Positions 11,629 to 26,019 of a stretch of DNA of 64,000 nucleotides are shown piece after piece (position 1 is the stretch's first letter; each line of letters opens with the position of its first letter). The DNA comes from Pristiophorus japonicus. Its lineage: Eukaryota. Position numbers and translations under genes: made by a program. The stretch spans positions 99,386,001 to 99,450,000 of the forward strand of contig NC_091995.1 in assembly GCF_044704955.1 (NCBI RefSeq), written 5' to 3'. Under the pieces are notes generated by a model that was not told the origin of the DNA, did not search any database, and saw only the letters and a list, made by a program, of their open reading frames with translations.

Positions 11629-14600
11629 TTATAAAAGTCCTTCCATTTCTTTCATGAAAGACTCATAGATATCGTCCTTTGTTTGGATAGAGACAGCAGG
11701 TGTGGCTTTTGGTATTGGCTTCATCGGGGCAACAATCTCTTCCTCTCCCTTCTTCACTGGTGCCTGGTTCTTGTTTTCGCGCTTGACACGCAGGGCGGTG
11801 GGCACAAAGCGGGTGATCTCTGCCTTGGGGTTGGTGATTTGTGGCTTTGCGCTGATAGTGGCAATGGCTTTCTTCTCGATGGTGGTCACATTCTCGTCCA
11901 TTTTCGGACGCTGGATGAGACTTGGCGGAGCACTGAGGACACCAGGGTTGGGCACAGGGGCTGGGGGGAACAATCCTGGTGGTGCAGGCCCCAGTGGAGG
12001 GGCCATTGGTGGGCGGATCATACCTGGCCGAGGAGGTGGGATACCTAGGGGGAGAACAAAATGGTTAGCTTGGAGTATATAGTTTCAGAAAATCATTGCA
12101 CAAGCACTTTCCTTCAGGCAACTTCTGCCATGCTATACATAAGGACATAAGAACATAAGAATTAGGAACAGGAGTAGGCCATCTAGCCCCTCGAGCCTGC
12201 TCCGCCATTCAACAAGATCATGGCTGATCTGGCCGTGGACTCAGCTCCACTTACCCGCCCGCTCCCCGTAACCCTTAATTCCCTTATTGGTTAAAAATCT
12301 ATCTATCTGTGATTTGAATACATTCAATGAGCTAGCCTCAACTGCTTCCTTGGGCAGAGAATTCCACAGATTCACAACCCTCTGGGAGAAGAAATTCCTT
12401 CTCAACTCGGTTTTAAATTGGCTCCCCCGTATTTTGAGGCTGTGCCCCCTACCAGTGGAAACAACCTCTCTGCCTCTATCTTGTCTATCCCTTTCATGAT
12501 TTTAAATGTTTCTATAAGATCACCCCTCATCCTTCTGAACTCCAAGGAGTAAAGACCCAGTCTACTCAATCTATCATCATAAGGTAACCCCCTCATTTCT
12601 TGAATCAGCCTCGTGAATCGTCTCTGTACCCCTCCAAAGCTAGTATATCCTTCCTTAAGTAAGGTGACCAAAACTGCACGCAGTACTCCAGGTGCGGCCT
12701 TACCAATACCTTATACAGTTGCAGCAGGACCTCCCTGCTTTTGTACTCCATCCCTTTCGCAATGAAGGCCAACATTCCATTCACCTTCCTGATTACCTGC
12801 TACACCTGCAAACTAACCTTTTGGGATTCATGCACAAGGACCCCCAGGTCCCTCTGCACCACAGCATGTTGTAATTTCTCCCCATTCAAATAATATTCCC
12901 TTTTACTGTTTTTTTTCCCCCCAAGGTGGATGACCTCACACTTTCCGACATTGTATTCCATCTGCCAAACCTTAGCCCATTCGCTTAACCTATCCAAATC
13001 TCCTTGCAGCCTCTCTGAGTCCTCTACACAACCCGCTTTCCCACTAATCTTAGTGTCATCTGCAAATTTTGTTGCACTACACTCTGTCCCCTCTTCCAGG
13101 TCATCTATGTATATTGTAAACAGTTGTGGTCCCAGCACCGATCCCTGTGGCACACCACTAACCACCGATTTCCAACCCGAAAAGGACCCATTTATCCCGA
13201 CTCTCTGCTTTCTGTTCGCCAGCCAATTCTCTATCCATGCTAATACATTTCCTCTGACTCCGCGTACCTTTATCTTCTGCAGTAACCTTTTGTGTGGCAC
13301 CTTATCGAATGCCTTTTGGGAATCTAAATACACCACATCCATCGGTACACCTCTATCCACCATGCTCGTTATATCCTCAAAGAATTCCAGTAAGTTAGTT
13401 AAACATATACAAATCAAATGTATCAGAATCTTTCTCCTTTTTTAATGAATATAATTTATATAAGCAAACTATGTACAAGATACATTCAAGAAATTTAAAG
13501 CCAGATACAATTATGAACTAAAAACAAATTACATTAAAAATGTACAAATTGTATCACCTTTTATGTGCAAAACCCTTCCTTTTATTTGATTGACTGAACA
13601 GTTTGCGCCCACAGATCACTTAACACTTCAAATGGCAAGTTCTGTTTATTGTAACACATGTTCATCAGAGTCGGGGTGTTGTTTCCAATGTAGATAAATT
13701 GCAGCATTTGTACAATCAGAGATTTCAGTCAGGTTCCATGGCTGACCATGAGGCAGGTGGGTTATTATGGCTTCCAAAAAAATTCAATTAAATAATGCTT
13801 AAGACATCACTAGTTCCCAATGTATTACCTGAATAAAATACTTTTTGTTTCCATGCATTTTGCAAAATAATATTCAATACAAATTTCTCCCCAAAAATGG
13901 TTGCAGAGTTTCAGCTAAAGAAAAATACTGATTCTGAACAAAAATCTGATATCTTTAATAAACAACAGGTTGTGTACTAACTGCTTAATTAGGGGGCAGC
14001 GCTGAACACACATTCTGTTGGGGGGGGGGGGAAGGGTCCTAATGTTAAATGCAACTACACTTCCAGTTAGCGCCGTTTTACAGTTTAGGGGCATGCTTTT
14101 ATAAACATCCTAATTCACAATGTCATTGATGTATTTACAGTTCCAGCTCCTCAGAAATGTGTCTATTTGAATGCATGCTCATGGCTGAAAGCTCTGCTCA
14201 TTGGTCCTTTCTGGTCTGCTGTAAAAATTGTCTTTGGACACAGCCACAAGTGTCCTTTCTCGTCAGTTCAACAAGGTTCAAGCTAATTGGAGAATTTCCG
14301 CGGTCATTTGATTGTTTGATAAATGAAGGAGGAAAAAAACCTGTCCCTACTGGACTACTGAAGGAGGGTTGAAGAATACAGCATACGGTCACGTAACGTT
14401 AGGGGGAGTGCCATTGTGTTTAAATGGGTCACACAGGTTATGCTCACAGCCCCACCTACAGGCGCAATACCATTCCAATGTGTTGTGACCACTGTTTATA
14501 AGCATATATATAACAGATATCACTGTAACCATTCTATCTTACCTGGGGGTGCAGGTGGTGGCAATCTGGGAGGAGGTCCCCGAGGTGGTGGGCCTGGAGG

Positions 14601-17600
14601 AAGGCCTGGCGGGGGTCCTGGTGGAGGGCCTGGAGGTCGCCCAGGTGGTGGTCCAGGAGGAAGCAGTCGTGGAATCGGCCCTCTGATGCCAGGTAACCCG
14701 GGTGGTCGTATGAATGGGGGAGCACCTGTAATGAACAGCACACTATTATAATCAGACTGCACATCACCAACCAGAGTGCTGAATCCACACAGTGCTACCG
14801 GATATTTTAGTCCTGTTTTCTTTGTGTTTTTTTAATTGTCAAACTAATCACGAATGTTAAGGTCCCAGAATTGCCCTACACTGCTATTCTAAATATTCCA
14901 ATACACGATTCTCACATTTCTAGGACGTTTCACAGCAGACAAAATTAGAATACCAATTATAAATTGCATTTCCAAGTTTGTGGCACAGCCTGTGAATCAA
15001 GTGATCGATCTATCGCAGATCAAAATCAAATATTTATTAAGGACGGGAGATTGTTGTATAAACCTATGAGAGCTGATCAGTTGTTACTGAGAACAGGAGA
15101 CTGTGTTTCAGGCCCCCAATGACAGGATCGAGCACTCTTACATCATGTACGGTAGTTAGATGCAGAGTACAGCTCCCTCTACACTGCCCCAATAATATGC
15201 CTTGGCCCCAGAGGAACACCCCACAAATGCAACTTAAAAACATTCTAAATACTCTGCTTGCCTTATCTTGCCATCAACTCTCCATTTCATTATTTGGGGT
15301 TGATTTTTCCTTGGCCTCTAATTCTGTATTCCATTGATTCTAACTTCCTTTTCTGAAAGACACAAGTCAAACCTTTTTCCCTTCCTTTCTCAGTCCTTGG
15401 TGGAAGCAACAAGAACAGTTTTCCTTCAGCCAATCAAGCCCCTGCGCTCTGCAGACTGGCCTGGGCACACAGGCTGCATCAAAGGCCCAGTCCTCCTCCA
15501 CAACTGATTTCACCCCCACCATCGGTAGCGAGACTGTGCTCTGACAAGATACTATCCATGGCACAACCACTGGTTAAAGAACTATTCATTTACTGCACGG
15601 ACTGCATCGCTAATTGCCATGAAAGACTCATTACTGCGATGCTCAAAGAGGAAACTCTGATGTGACAGCCGAGCCCCCACTCCCTCCCCATCTCAACCAT
15701 GTGGGTTTTTAAACTGCATTCATTCAGTTCCACCAGAATCAGGTTCAACAACTCCAAGCAAGATCTCCAACAAGGTACAAGCTAATCGCATTTCCTGGTT
15801 AATGTTATTTTAAATAGGCTTGTGGCAACAGGACTCCCTTCAAGTGTACACAGTTTGCTTCATAAATGGTATTATCCCAATAGTCACACCAATTAGAGTT
15901 GGAGGATTACCACTCGAGTTCGGTTTTTTTTACCTGGAGGTGGCCCTGGTGGCAGACCAGACGGTGGTCCCGGGGGTCTCAGTGGAGGAGCAGGAGGAGG
16001 TCCAAGTGGGGGAGGCCCGGGCATTGGTGGGACCTGCATTGGTGGCCTGGGGGGCATCTGAGTTGGTGGTGGGACCTGCGGTCCCTCTGGCCGCGATTCC
16101 TCCCGGTGTCTCTTTTCTCGATTCTGATCTTCTGTATCCATCTTTTCCTCATTTGCACCTCCCTCGGCATTGGCTTCCTCTTCCTCCTCCTCTTCATCAT
16201 CAGGGAAATCTTGACCTATTAGGAGGCAGATACGGTATTAACTTAATTTCAGCATTCTTCACACATAGAGCTCGACATAAACACTGAAGAAAATAAGTCC
16301 TAATGGATTGGCTAGCATAACATAAGAAATAGGAGGAGTCGGCCATTCGGCCCCTCGAGCCTGCTCCGCCATTCAATAAGATCATGGCTGATCTGATCTT
16401 GGCCTCAACTCCACTTCCCTGAGAGTCAAGAGGCTCCACATTAGCCCTAAACTGGGTCAAACAACTGATTCCCCTTAAAGTCAATAGAGCCATGTCATTC
16501 ATCACCAGAGCAACTCAGGAGGGACAAACTAAAACTCTACATGCCAGTCTACACAAGGGTAAGTATTATATTTAATAAGTATGACGGGAAATGTTAACCC
16601 CAGGTTGAATATTGCTGACGAGGTGTGTCCCAGTTGCTATCCTGGTATTCATTGCTAGCTGCTTTACCACATGTGTAAATACCATTGTCCTGAAATTCCA
16701 GTCTCCTGTCATAACTACGGCAAGAGGCCAGTGGAACTCGAGGGGAACATGGTACATGGCTTCTTTAACAATTTATTGGGGGTTCTGCTGGTCTCCTGCC
16801 AATCTTACATAACCTCTGTGGAATTTGGTGCCCATGGCTCCCGATGTCAGCACCATATCTAAATCCCCAGCTATCCGAGGACTATTTGAAATCTCTGATT
16901 CCCTCCCATCTCCCACCCAATTTTCTTCTGAACATAATTTATTTGCTGCGATAGTTACACTGCTGCCAGCAATCCTTTGGCATCGGGCACAGGCGACCAT
17001 TCTCCATGTGAACTGTGGGGAGGAGGGCAGTGTACGTGTTGCCTTAACCAGCATCCACACGTAGGCAATCTCCAACAGGAGTTACTGAGCAGCAGCTGAT
17101 TTTTCCTTGCTGTAATCTGGGGAGCGGAGCCATTTGTAGTGTCATTTATTAGCTCCCATTGTAATCATTGTGGACTTTTATTTTCAGAATCAGAAAAACA
17201 CACAGCACAGAGGGCGACCATTCAGCCTGTCGTGCCAGTGCTGGTTCTTTGAATGATCAGTCGTGCTGAGTCCCACATCCCTGCTTCTTGTCCGTAACCC
17301 TGAGAGTTCCTCATCCTCCAGTACCTGTCTCACTCCCCATTAAAATCATTTATAGAATCAGTTTCCAACACCTTTTCAGGTCGAGCGTTTCCGATCCCAC
17401 CAATAGAGTGAAAAATGTTCTCATCTCCCCTCTGGAACTTTTTCCATGACCTCTGGTTCTTGACCCACGTGCCAGAGCAAACAGCCTTTCTCTATGTATT
17501 CTATACCTACTTTTAATATAATATTTTACTTGCTAATGCTTCATCACTGCTTTCCAGATCAGCATTGTCCTACAGGCCTCTCTTATGAAATGCTTCACCT

Positions 17601-20600
17601 TAGATCAGCTAACTCAGCATACACTGTGGATCAAACTTGGGACCTTTCAGGGCTGCATGGCTTAGCAGGTCAAAGAACCAGCCGTACAGTGACTTGCTAA
17701 GTTACTGGAGGACTAGGCCCCTTGTCTGCACTATCTACTGTCTCCTAATGTGAAATGCCTTGTCCCCTGGGTCAGTACCACTCACACATCACTCGCTCCC
17801 TCCCTCCCTCGGGATCACAGCTCTCTGCTCTGGAGGTGGTTAATCCCGTTACTCACCCGCCATCCGAAGCATCATGGCCTGCAGAGGAGTCAGCTCCTTC
17901 AGGTTTTTCTTTTTCTTCCTTTGTTTGTCCTGCACGTCTGCAAACCGCACAATACGCCCTGCGGAAAGGCAATACACAGAGTCAACATGTATCCGTGTTC
18001 TGGTAACTAGCAACCTACAGAGAAAGGCACAGCTGTCTTGCCATAAACCGTCAATCTCAGTTGTCTTTCGTATGGTTTTTAAATGAATTTACATTTGGGC
18101 TTTAGCAACCTAGTTAGAATGACTGCCTACACATTTGTGCCATCTGCAAAGCGACGCATGCAGGCTCTGCATCAAATAGAAATTGCTTTAACTCAGGTTC
18201 ATAGAAGCACCAACTAGAAAGTACAATATTGGACATACATCCATCTACAGATTGAAAACATGGTTGGCAGACAGTGTGGTGCTGCAGTACATGGGAGACC
18301 AATGCGGGTTATGCGGAGGGCTGGATCATGGTCCAACTCCATCACTCCCACAAACTGACCATGCATTGGAAGGGGCGGGGGAGACGAACTGTCGGGCACC
18401 ACCTTAACTAATAAGAAATTTAAAGAAAAAAAACAGATGGAAGGGTGACTGTGTGACTGTTACATCAGGCAACAACCCAAACAAACTACAACATACCTGG
18501 TTTATCATCATCTAGCCTTGAACCGTCATCATCTTCATCTCGATGCCGAAAATCATCGTCGTCATCATCACTGTCTTTATCTTTTGAGTCATCACTGTCT
18601 TCATCCTGGTCGTCTCGATCTCCATCTTGATCCTGCTCCATGCCCTCAGGGTAATCATCGTCCCCACTGTCGTCCTCCTCCTCATCCTCTTGCATATCCT
18701 GAATTGCTAAATGGCATAAGAAATGTCAGGACAGTGCACACAGTATTCCACATATACTTTGGGAGTCTATTCACAGCATTACACCAACACACACAGCACC
18801 AGAATAACAAACTACTGGAAATACACAGCAGGGCCAGCAGCACCTGTAAAGGATGCCTTACCAGTTTCAGGATCATAAACGTTGTCTTCATCTTTTCCCT
18901 TCAGAGGTAAGCCTGGAGGGGGGCCCATCCTTCGTGCATAAATTGCTAATACCTGAGGAGGGGGTGGCCCCGGAGGTGGGCCAGGGGGCTTCTTGCCAGG
19001 TGGCAATCGAGGAACCCCATGCGAAGGAGGGGGCATGAGTGTAACAGGTTTGGAGGGTGGCCTGGAAGGAAGAATATCCATTTTGAATTTTTTTGCACAA
19101 AAGTTCTGTTTTTTTTTTAAATCACCTCAAATTGCCCCAACACCAGGCATACATCTGTAATCCCCAGTACTGCACCCCAACACGATACATATTATCGAGG
19201 CACAATCCTAATTTCGGAAGATAAAACCCATAATCTAACTGTCTTGTCACGTTTTTCACTGTTGAAGTGATATTAACTTTCCATTACAAATTCCCATATC
19301 TACATTTATACTGGAAACTGCCATGTGAATTTGTCATGCTATAATTACACCCTCCCACCAATGGACAAGCTGGAGTCCCATCACAAGCAGGAAGATATAA
19401 ATAAAGTATGATGTATTTACAGCGGCAGTTCCATCATAAATGCAGATAAAGGAATTTATGTTAGAAACAAAAATAAAGCTGGAATGTATGACTTTAATAT
19501 AGGGACTGGTCTGGTCTAAATTATTCCTCGCCCTTAATGCTGCCTCGTTTTGTCTTGATTCCTCTTGTGTAATGTCACTGGAGACCAGCTAGTAAAATAT
19601 AAACATTTTATATCTGTTCCCTTGTACGCTTAATAAAATCTAGTTTGGAAAATACACCTACGGTCTAACTGTGTGAAAGTTCACAATCACCATTATGTTT
19701 TCCTAAAAATCCAACCGATAACCTTGATAATGTTACTTGCCACTTATCTGTGACACTGAAACTCACCCACAAGCTAATTCCTTTCAGTTCTGGTAGACAT
19801 TACCAGTAGAGGATAAGATCACTAAAATATCTTGTGCGGTGCTTACCCCAAAAGCCAACACCTCCTGTTTTAAATATTCGCTGCTCATGTACATGTCCAA
19901 GGGGCTTTTGGTACAAATGAATTGCTGCTCACCCATAAGCTGATGTTTTTTTCAGTATGGATGGTGGCTGAGCTCCGGGGAGGGGGATATCCTGAATCAT
20001 GATGTTTGATGGTGCGTGAGGCATGTCTGGCAGTGGAATACTCTCCACCTCCACGTGTTGGGCATTCTGTACAAACAAGGAGAACAGGCACATACTTACA
20101 CTGCACAGATGAACCAATAGTATTTTTAGAACATACACCAATAACTTGATCCTTGATACAACTACAATAAGCTCTTCATCTAAAAGCACTTCACGTCTTT
20201 GGGAGTTATGTACTGCAAGGCAGCTGAAGGCAAGCATGCAGAGCCTCTGCCAGCATCTGCACTTGGAATTATAAACGCCCGACGGCAGCAGAGAGCAGTT
20301 CTGGCGAGTCTTGTGAATTGTTGCCAGTCGCACTGTGTTTTTCTCTGATCAGAGAACAGTATGGGTGAAAGAGTACACAGTTCAGATGGGCTCTCCCGAA
20401 ACCAGAGGAATGTAACACTAGCATTAAAAACCGCCAAATACAAGGGATGTAATGTTAAATACATACTAGCAAGCCCACTCATCCACTTCTTACATAGAAA
20501 GAACTGCATATTAAAAAGCACACACATTACAGCATATTTGTCCCACCATCATTTAAAAGCTCCCATTTTATGTCGCTTCATGTTTAGTTTTGTGCCGACA

Positions 20601-23600
20601 CGAGTTTGCTCTCATGCGTTCCACAGCCCTGAACTGCTTTTGTCAGAGCCATTCGACAGAAAGGCTTTTATACTCCATCCCCTTTATTACAAAGGGGATG
20701 GTGTATAAAAGCAAGGAAGTCTTGCTACAGCTATATAAGGTATTGGTGAGGCCACACCTGGAATACTGCATGCAGTTTTGGTTTCCATATTTACGAAAGG
20801 ATATACTTGCTTTGGAGGCAGTTCAGAGAAGGTTCACTCGGTTGATTCTGAGGATGAGGGGGTTGACTTATGAGGAAAGGTTGGGCCTCTGCTCATTGGA
20901 GTTCAGAAGAATGAGAGGTGATCAGATAGAAACGTCTAAGATTATGAGGGGGCTTGACAAGGTGGATGCAGAGAGGATGTTTCCACTGATGGGGGAGACT
21001 AGAACTAGGGGGCATAATCTTTGAATAAGGGGCCGCCCATTTAAAACAGAGATGAGGAGAAATTTCTTCTCTGAGGGTTGTAAATCTGTGGAACTTGCTG
21101 CCTCACAGAGCTGTGGAAGCTGGGACTTGAATAAATTTAAGACAGAAATAGACATTTTCTTAAATGATAAGGGGATAAGGGGTTATGGGGAGCAGGCAGG
21201 GAAGTGGAGCTGAGTCCATGATCAGATCAGCCATGATCTTATTGAATAGCTTGAGGGGCTGTATGGCCTACTCCTGTTCTTATGAAAGCTGTGAGCTGCA
21301 CTCATCCCACTGGTTTCAGTACAGCTCCTCCTGTAAAACACCAAGTCTGTTCAGATCTGCGCCGAATTAAAAGGCAATGCGAAAAATAAGGACAGCACTC
21401 CCAACCTCTAGCACGAAGGTGAAACTCATACCGAATTTCCTTTGTGTAACTCCTGCACTTTCAAAGCAACATCTGGCAGCAATTGAAACAGGCAGTCTCA
21501 CTATGGGGGCGTCTCCTTTCACCAACAAAGTTCTGCATGACTCCTTTTTGGAATCCTCATCTGTATTTTTAGGTCATTTATTACAGAAGATGGCAGCAAA
21601 GGTGGTTAAGCAGCAGCTTCAAAGGGAGGTCAATACTGTCAGAGTAACATGAAAGTGCTGTCGCCCGATATAGATCCAAGAGATACATTGAGCACGTCCC
21701 TTCAGTCAGTGGTCTGCTTTGTAAAAGGCATTTTCTCCATTAATCATTTGTGTGAAACAAAGAGAAAGATAAAGGCAGTGAATTCAGACCATAGCACCAC
21801 ATTCCCTGGCGAGAGCGGGCTTGGAACCAGTGCACTGTGGGAACTGGAAAATTAAACAGCCAGTAAGACAATCAGCTGATCACCAACAATGGGCTATTTG
21901 CCACAAACACATTCAGATGCTTCCCCGCTCGGATGACGTGATAATCTCTGCTCCATGAGCAACACCCATCAGAGGTGCACTTACAGCTGCAAAATTGGGT
22001 TTAAAAAAACTCATTTGGAGAATGACAACAGGGATTGTACACAGATGAACAAGTTGTACACTTTGAGGGAGAGCATTTTTTTTTTTAATAAAGATAAAAG
22101 TTATTTTTCCCGCGGTGTCACATTTATATTGCCAGGTCAGGTGCAATATAGTTAATTGCAGATTAAAACTCCCTGTTCCCTGCCGCAATGTGTCTCAACC
22201 CTGAGAGAGAGATCCCACTGCACCAGTGAGGCACACCAGGTACCCTAGTCTCTGAGTGACAGATTGGAGGCAGTTTTGTGGTTTCGGTCCACACAGGCGA
22301 ACGGACACTGGGAGACCAAAGTCACCACAGATTTGCACTAGGCCAACCAGAGTGACCTTCCATTATCGGACGTTAAATACGAGAATGGCAATGCACCAGG
22401 TAAAGCATTACACCTATCCACTCCAGAATGAGGCAGTTAAGGAACATCACCCATTCTGGAACAGCTTTCCACAGAAATTAATACCTGGAGGAGGAATATT
22501 TTGTTTAACAAAAAGGTTATACACAGAAACATTTCTGTGACACACAATGGCTATTCAACTCCTCCCTCACCTTGACAGCATCGAAGAACTGGCAGAGTTG
22601 AGATCGTTTCTGTTCATATTCAGTCTCAAGCTTCCGTAGCTCCTTATAAAAATCAGTATTTTCCTTCTCGTATAGACGCAGGATCCGCTCAAACGTCTCC
22701 CGTAGCTTTTTCCGCTTGTCTTTCAGCACCTTCTCATTAAGCTGGGGCTGCTGCACGGGATTGAACTCTGTACAAAAAACCATGGAAAAAATCTCAAAAA
22801 CGCAGCGTGCAGAGCAGACGATGGTGACAGCACAGAGCACTCACAGGACGGGGGACAGACGCGGCGACGGACAGCGGGAGGGGCAACGGACACCGGGCGC
22901 GGCGCGGGATGGGACGGCGCCGGACGGTGTCAATACAATCAAAAACCTGCCACAGAATACTTAACATAAGGTGCCCAGACCCCAGTCTCTGTCCCTGGCC
23001 CAACAGTATTACATACCCGTGGCCTCCTTAGTATGAACCAAAGTCAAGCGGATCAGATGTTTACTAATCAGAATTTTGAAATCTACAGATTATTCCCATT
23101 ATAAGCAAACTGGAACAATTGAGAATCTATAGCCAACAAATAAATGAAAATAACTGTTCAGTGAATTCAGACTGAGCAGCATGACAGCTTAGCAGGTAGT
23201 GTGGTGATTGGAATATTGGGTTATCCACCAAGACATCCAACCTAAACACCCAATCGCCCTCTGAGCTTGAACATGACACCTTCAACTGGGAAGCAACGAT
23301 GTTTCAGCACATTTTAAATATAATGGCAACTTTTTTTTATTTAAGAGGTGTTACGCCAATATCGTGAACACTCTTTTAAAAAAAATCAGATAGCTTTATC
23401 CTACATTCTTCTAATTCCTGGTCTTTACCCATTTCATCCAGTTTCTCCATGTCTTTGATTATCTGTTTGGGGTCCTTCATCTTCAGCACAGCAGCCCGCA
23501 CCATCATACGCTGCTTCTTGTTCTGTGAGATACGGAGCACAATGTTACCCAGGAATCCATCGCCGATTCAAATTCACACCAAAAGCATCCAAGTCCAGGG

Positions 23601-25917
23601 AGATGGAGGTCAACTGCTGCCCCAGTTCCAATCAGCTAACTCAGCACAGACATGGGATTCTCCTGGAATCTTCCTGCTGGGGATGGCTCAGAATCCCACC
23701 AGGTTGCTCATTTACCCAGCAAGCCATCAGCAGAAATGGAACGTTATGTGGTTGAAAGGTCAAGGACAAGGGAGCAAAGGCACAAGATTAAACACAAGAG
23801 ATTTAGAACAGCGGGTACGAGAAAGTTCTTCGCAAGGGTGAGATGTTGGGGCAGAAACAATGTCAAGATTAGATCAGATAAGTGGATGAAAGAAAAGGGG
23901 TTGAAGGGATCTGGGTACAGGGTGAGTAAATTATATTGCTCGCATGGAAGAGAAATGCCGACACAGGCTGGTGGGCCAAATGGCCTATTTCTGTGTGGTA
24001 ACTTCTACACATTTCCATGTGTAATGCAAATTACACCCAAGTAACAATTCTCTTACCTTGATATCCAAAGTATTTTTGGCGCACAAGTCACCCAAAAATT
24101 TGCATTAAAAATATTCATACACACTAACTCAAACAGTAACACTTAGACCCTGTGATCCCAAAAAAACACAACTGCCTCACCTTTTTCAGTTCCCGCTTCC
24201 TGGCCTCCTTTCCTGTTTAATAAAAAAGTAAAATTAGATTAGAACTCGGACAGCCCAAAGTGCTTTACAGTCAGAAGTATAATCACTGTTGTAATGTAGG
24301 AAATTTTCACACAGCAAGCTCCCACAAACAGCAATGTTATAATGACCAGATCATCTGTTTCAGATGTTGGTTGAGGGATAAATACCGGCCAAGTTGCCTG
24401 CGCTCTTCTTCGAATAGTGCCATGGGATCTTTTATATCCGTTTAAGATGGAAGGTTTAACGTTTCATCCGAAAGACGGCACTTACTCAGTATTGCACGGG
24501 CCTGGATTTTAGCGTTCAAGTGTCTGGAGTGGGACTTGAACCTACAACCTGCAGGCTCAGAGAACGACCCACTGAGCCACGGCTGATACGTTTTAACATC
24601 AGAACAACAACTTGTATTTATATAGCGCCTTTAGCATAGTAAAACATTCCAAGGCGCTACACAGGAGTATTTTAAGACAAAATAAATTTGACACCGAGCC
24701 ACATAAGAAGAAATTACGGCAGATGACCAGAAGCTTGGTGAAAGAGGTGGGTTTTAAGGAGCGTCTTAAAGGAAAGAGAGGCAACGCAGGTAAAGCCCCG
24801 GCCACCAGTGTTGGAGCGATTATAATCGGGGATGCTCAGGACAGAATTAGAGGAGCGGAGATATCTCGGGGGGTTGTGGGGCTGGAGGAGGTGATACAGA
24901 TAGGGAGGGGCGAGGGTCATGGAGGGATTTGTAAACAAGGATGGGAAAGTTGCTGTACCTGGGCTGGAGATAGGTTCTGTCAGTGACCATGGGAGCGGGA
25001 CTAGCCGCAACCCGCAGTTTGAGAGCAGCAGGTGCCACCGGTTGGTGAGAGGTGAGCGCCAGGCATCAAAACTGCCCCACCCCGGCCCAACACACCCTGC
25101 CCCCGACCCCACACATCCTGCCCCCAACACACCCTGCCCCCCGGCCCCCAGCCCCTGACCCCGGCCCCCAGCCCCTGCCCAACACACCCTGCCCCCCGGC
25201 CCAACACACCCTGCCCCCGGCCCCACACATCCTGCCCCCAACACACCCTGCCCCCCGGCCCCCAGCCCCTGACCCCGGCCCCCAGCCCCTGCCCAACACA
25301 CCCTGCCCCCCGGCCCAACACACCCTGCCCCCGGCCCCACACATCCTGCCCCCAACACACCCTGCCCCCCGGCCCCCAGCCCCTGCCCAACACACCCTGC
25401 CCCCGGCCCAACACACCCTGCCCCCGGCCCCACACACCCTGCCCCCAACACACCCTGCCCCCCGGCCCCCAGCCCCTGACCCCGGCCCCCAGCCCCTGCC
25501 CAACACACCCTGCCCCCGGCCCAACACACCCTGCCCCCGGCCCCACACATCCTGCCCCCAACACACCCTGCCCCCCGGCCCCCAGCCCCTGACCCCGGCC
25601 CCCAGCCCCTGCCCAACACACCCTGCCCCCGGCCCAACACACCCTGCCCCCGGCCCCACACACCCTGCCCCCAACACACCCTGCCCCCCGGCCCCCAGCC
25701 CCTGACCCCGGCCCCCAGCCCCTGCCCAACACACCCTGCCCCCGGCCCAACACACCCTGCCCCCCGGACCCCGGCCCCTGACCCCCAGCCCCTGCCCAAC
25801 ACACCCTGCCCCCCGGCCCAACACACCCTGCCCCCCGGGCCCCCGACACTTACGGGCCTGGTCGGTCGGGTTCATGAATTTGCCGCTCTTGGTGGAGCTG
25901 GTCGATCGCCGCCCCAT
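11629..25917 (-). CDS. WBP11: WW domain-binding protein 11 (spliceosome-associated, proline-rich), 11 coding exons, 637 aa
   Basis: Exons 25917-25854, 24212-24181, 23522-23429, 22767-22571, 20066-19933, 19061-18862, 18706-18497, 17958-17857, 16215-15934, 14725-14543 and 12044-11629 total 1914 nt in frame, all GT-AG. N-terminus MGRRSTSSTKSGKFMNPTDQARKEARKRELKKNKKQR, RIVRF PP1-docking-like motif, PPGPPP repeats, C-terminus TKDDIYESFMKEMEGLL. Confidence 0.97.
12147..13402 (-). mobile_element. 5'-truncated CR1 LINE in the last WBP11 intron, near-identical to 2272-3513
   Basis: Same RT motifs, 3' UTR and TTCTTATG tail. Confidence 0.92.
16317..16420 (-). mobile_element. CR1 3'-terminal fragment
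   Basis: cataagaaataggag..ggccattcggcccctcgagcctgctccgccattcaataagatcatggctgatc, the CR1 3' UTR seen elsewhere in the window. Confidence 0.75.
20685..21283 (+). mobile_element. CR1 LINE 3' fragment
   Basis: YKSKEVLLQLYKVLVRPHLEYC..RRMRGD motif plus 3' UTR. Confidence 0.88.
24250..24590 (-). mobile_element. DeuSINE/SacSINE-like SINE
   Basis: Reverse complement of the 26590-26890 body; tRNA-like head near 24520-24585. Confidence 0.65.
24603..24935 (-). mobile_element. L2-clade LINE 3' fragment
   Basis: SFKTLLKTHLF motif; acaacaacttgtatttatatagcgcc 3' end. Confidence 0.75.
25075..25845. repeat. C-rich minisatellite in WBP11 intron 1 (G-rich on the sense strand)
   Basis: Units such as CCCCGGCCCAACACACCCTG and CCCCAGCCCCTGA, with higher-order repeats; begins just inside the exon 1 donor. 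Confidence 0.95.
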
Positions 25918-26019
25918 CTTGGCGCCGCTTCTCGCTCACTCCTCGCCCAAATAAAGCCCGGGTCTCGGTCTCGGTCTCGGTCTCTCGGCCCGGGGCCCGG
26001 CTCGGTCTCAGACTCCCCG

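Noticed and set aside
21290-21870. Unique intronic sequence in WBP11 intron 4 as a possible poison exon or snoRNA
   Set aside because: No convincing splice-site pair or C/D or H/ACA box arrangement could be established by eye.
24714-25849. 280-370-aa Gly-rich ORFs, including read-through of WBP11 exon 1
   Set aside because: Minisatellite artefacts; exon 1 ends at a consensus GTAAGT donor at 25853.
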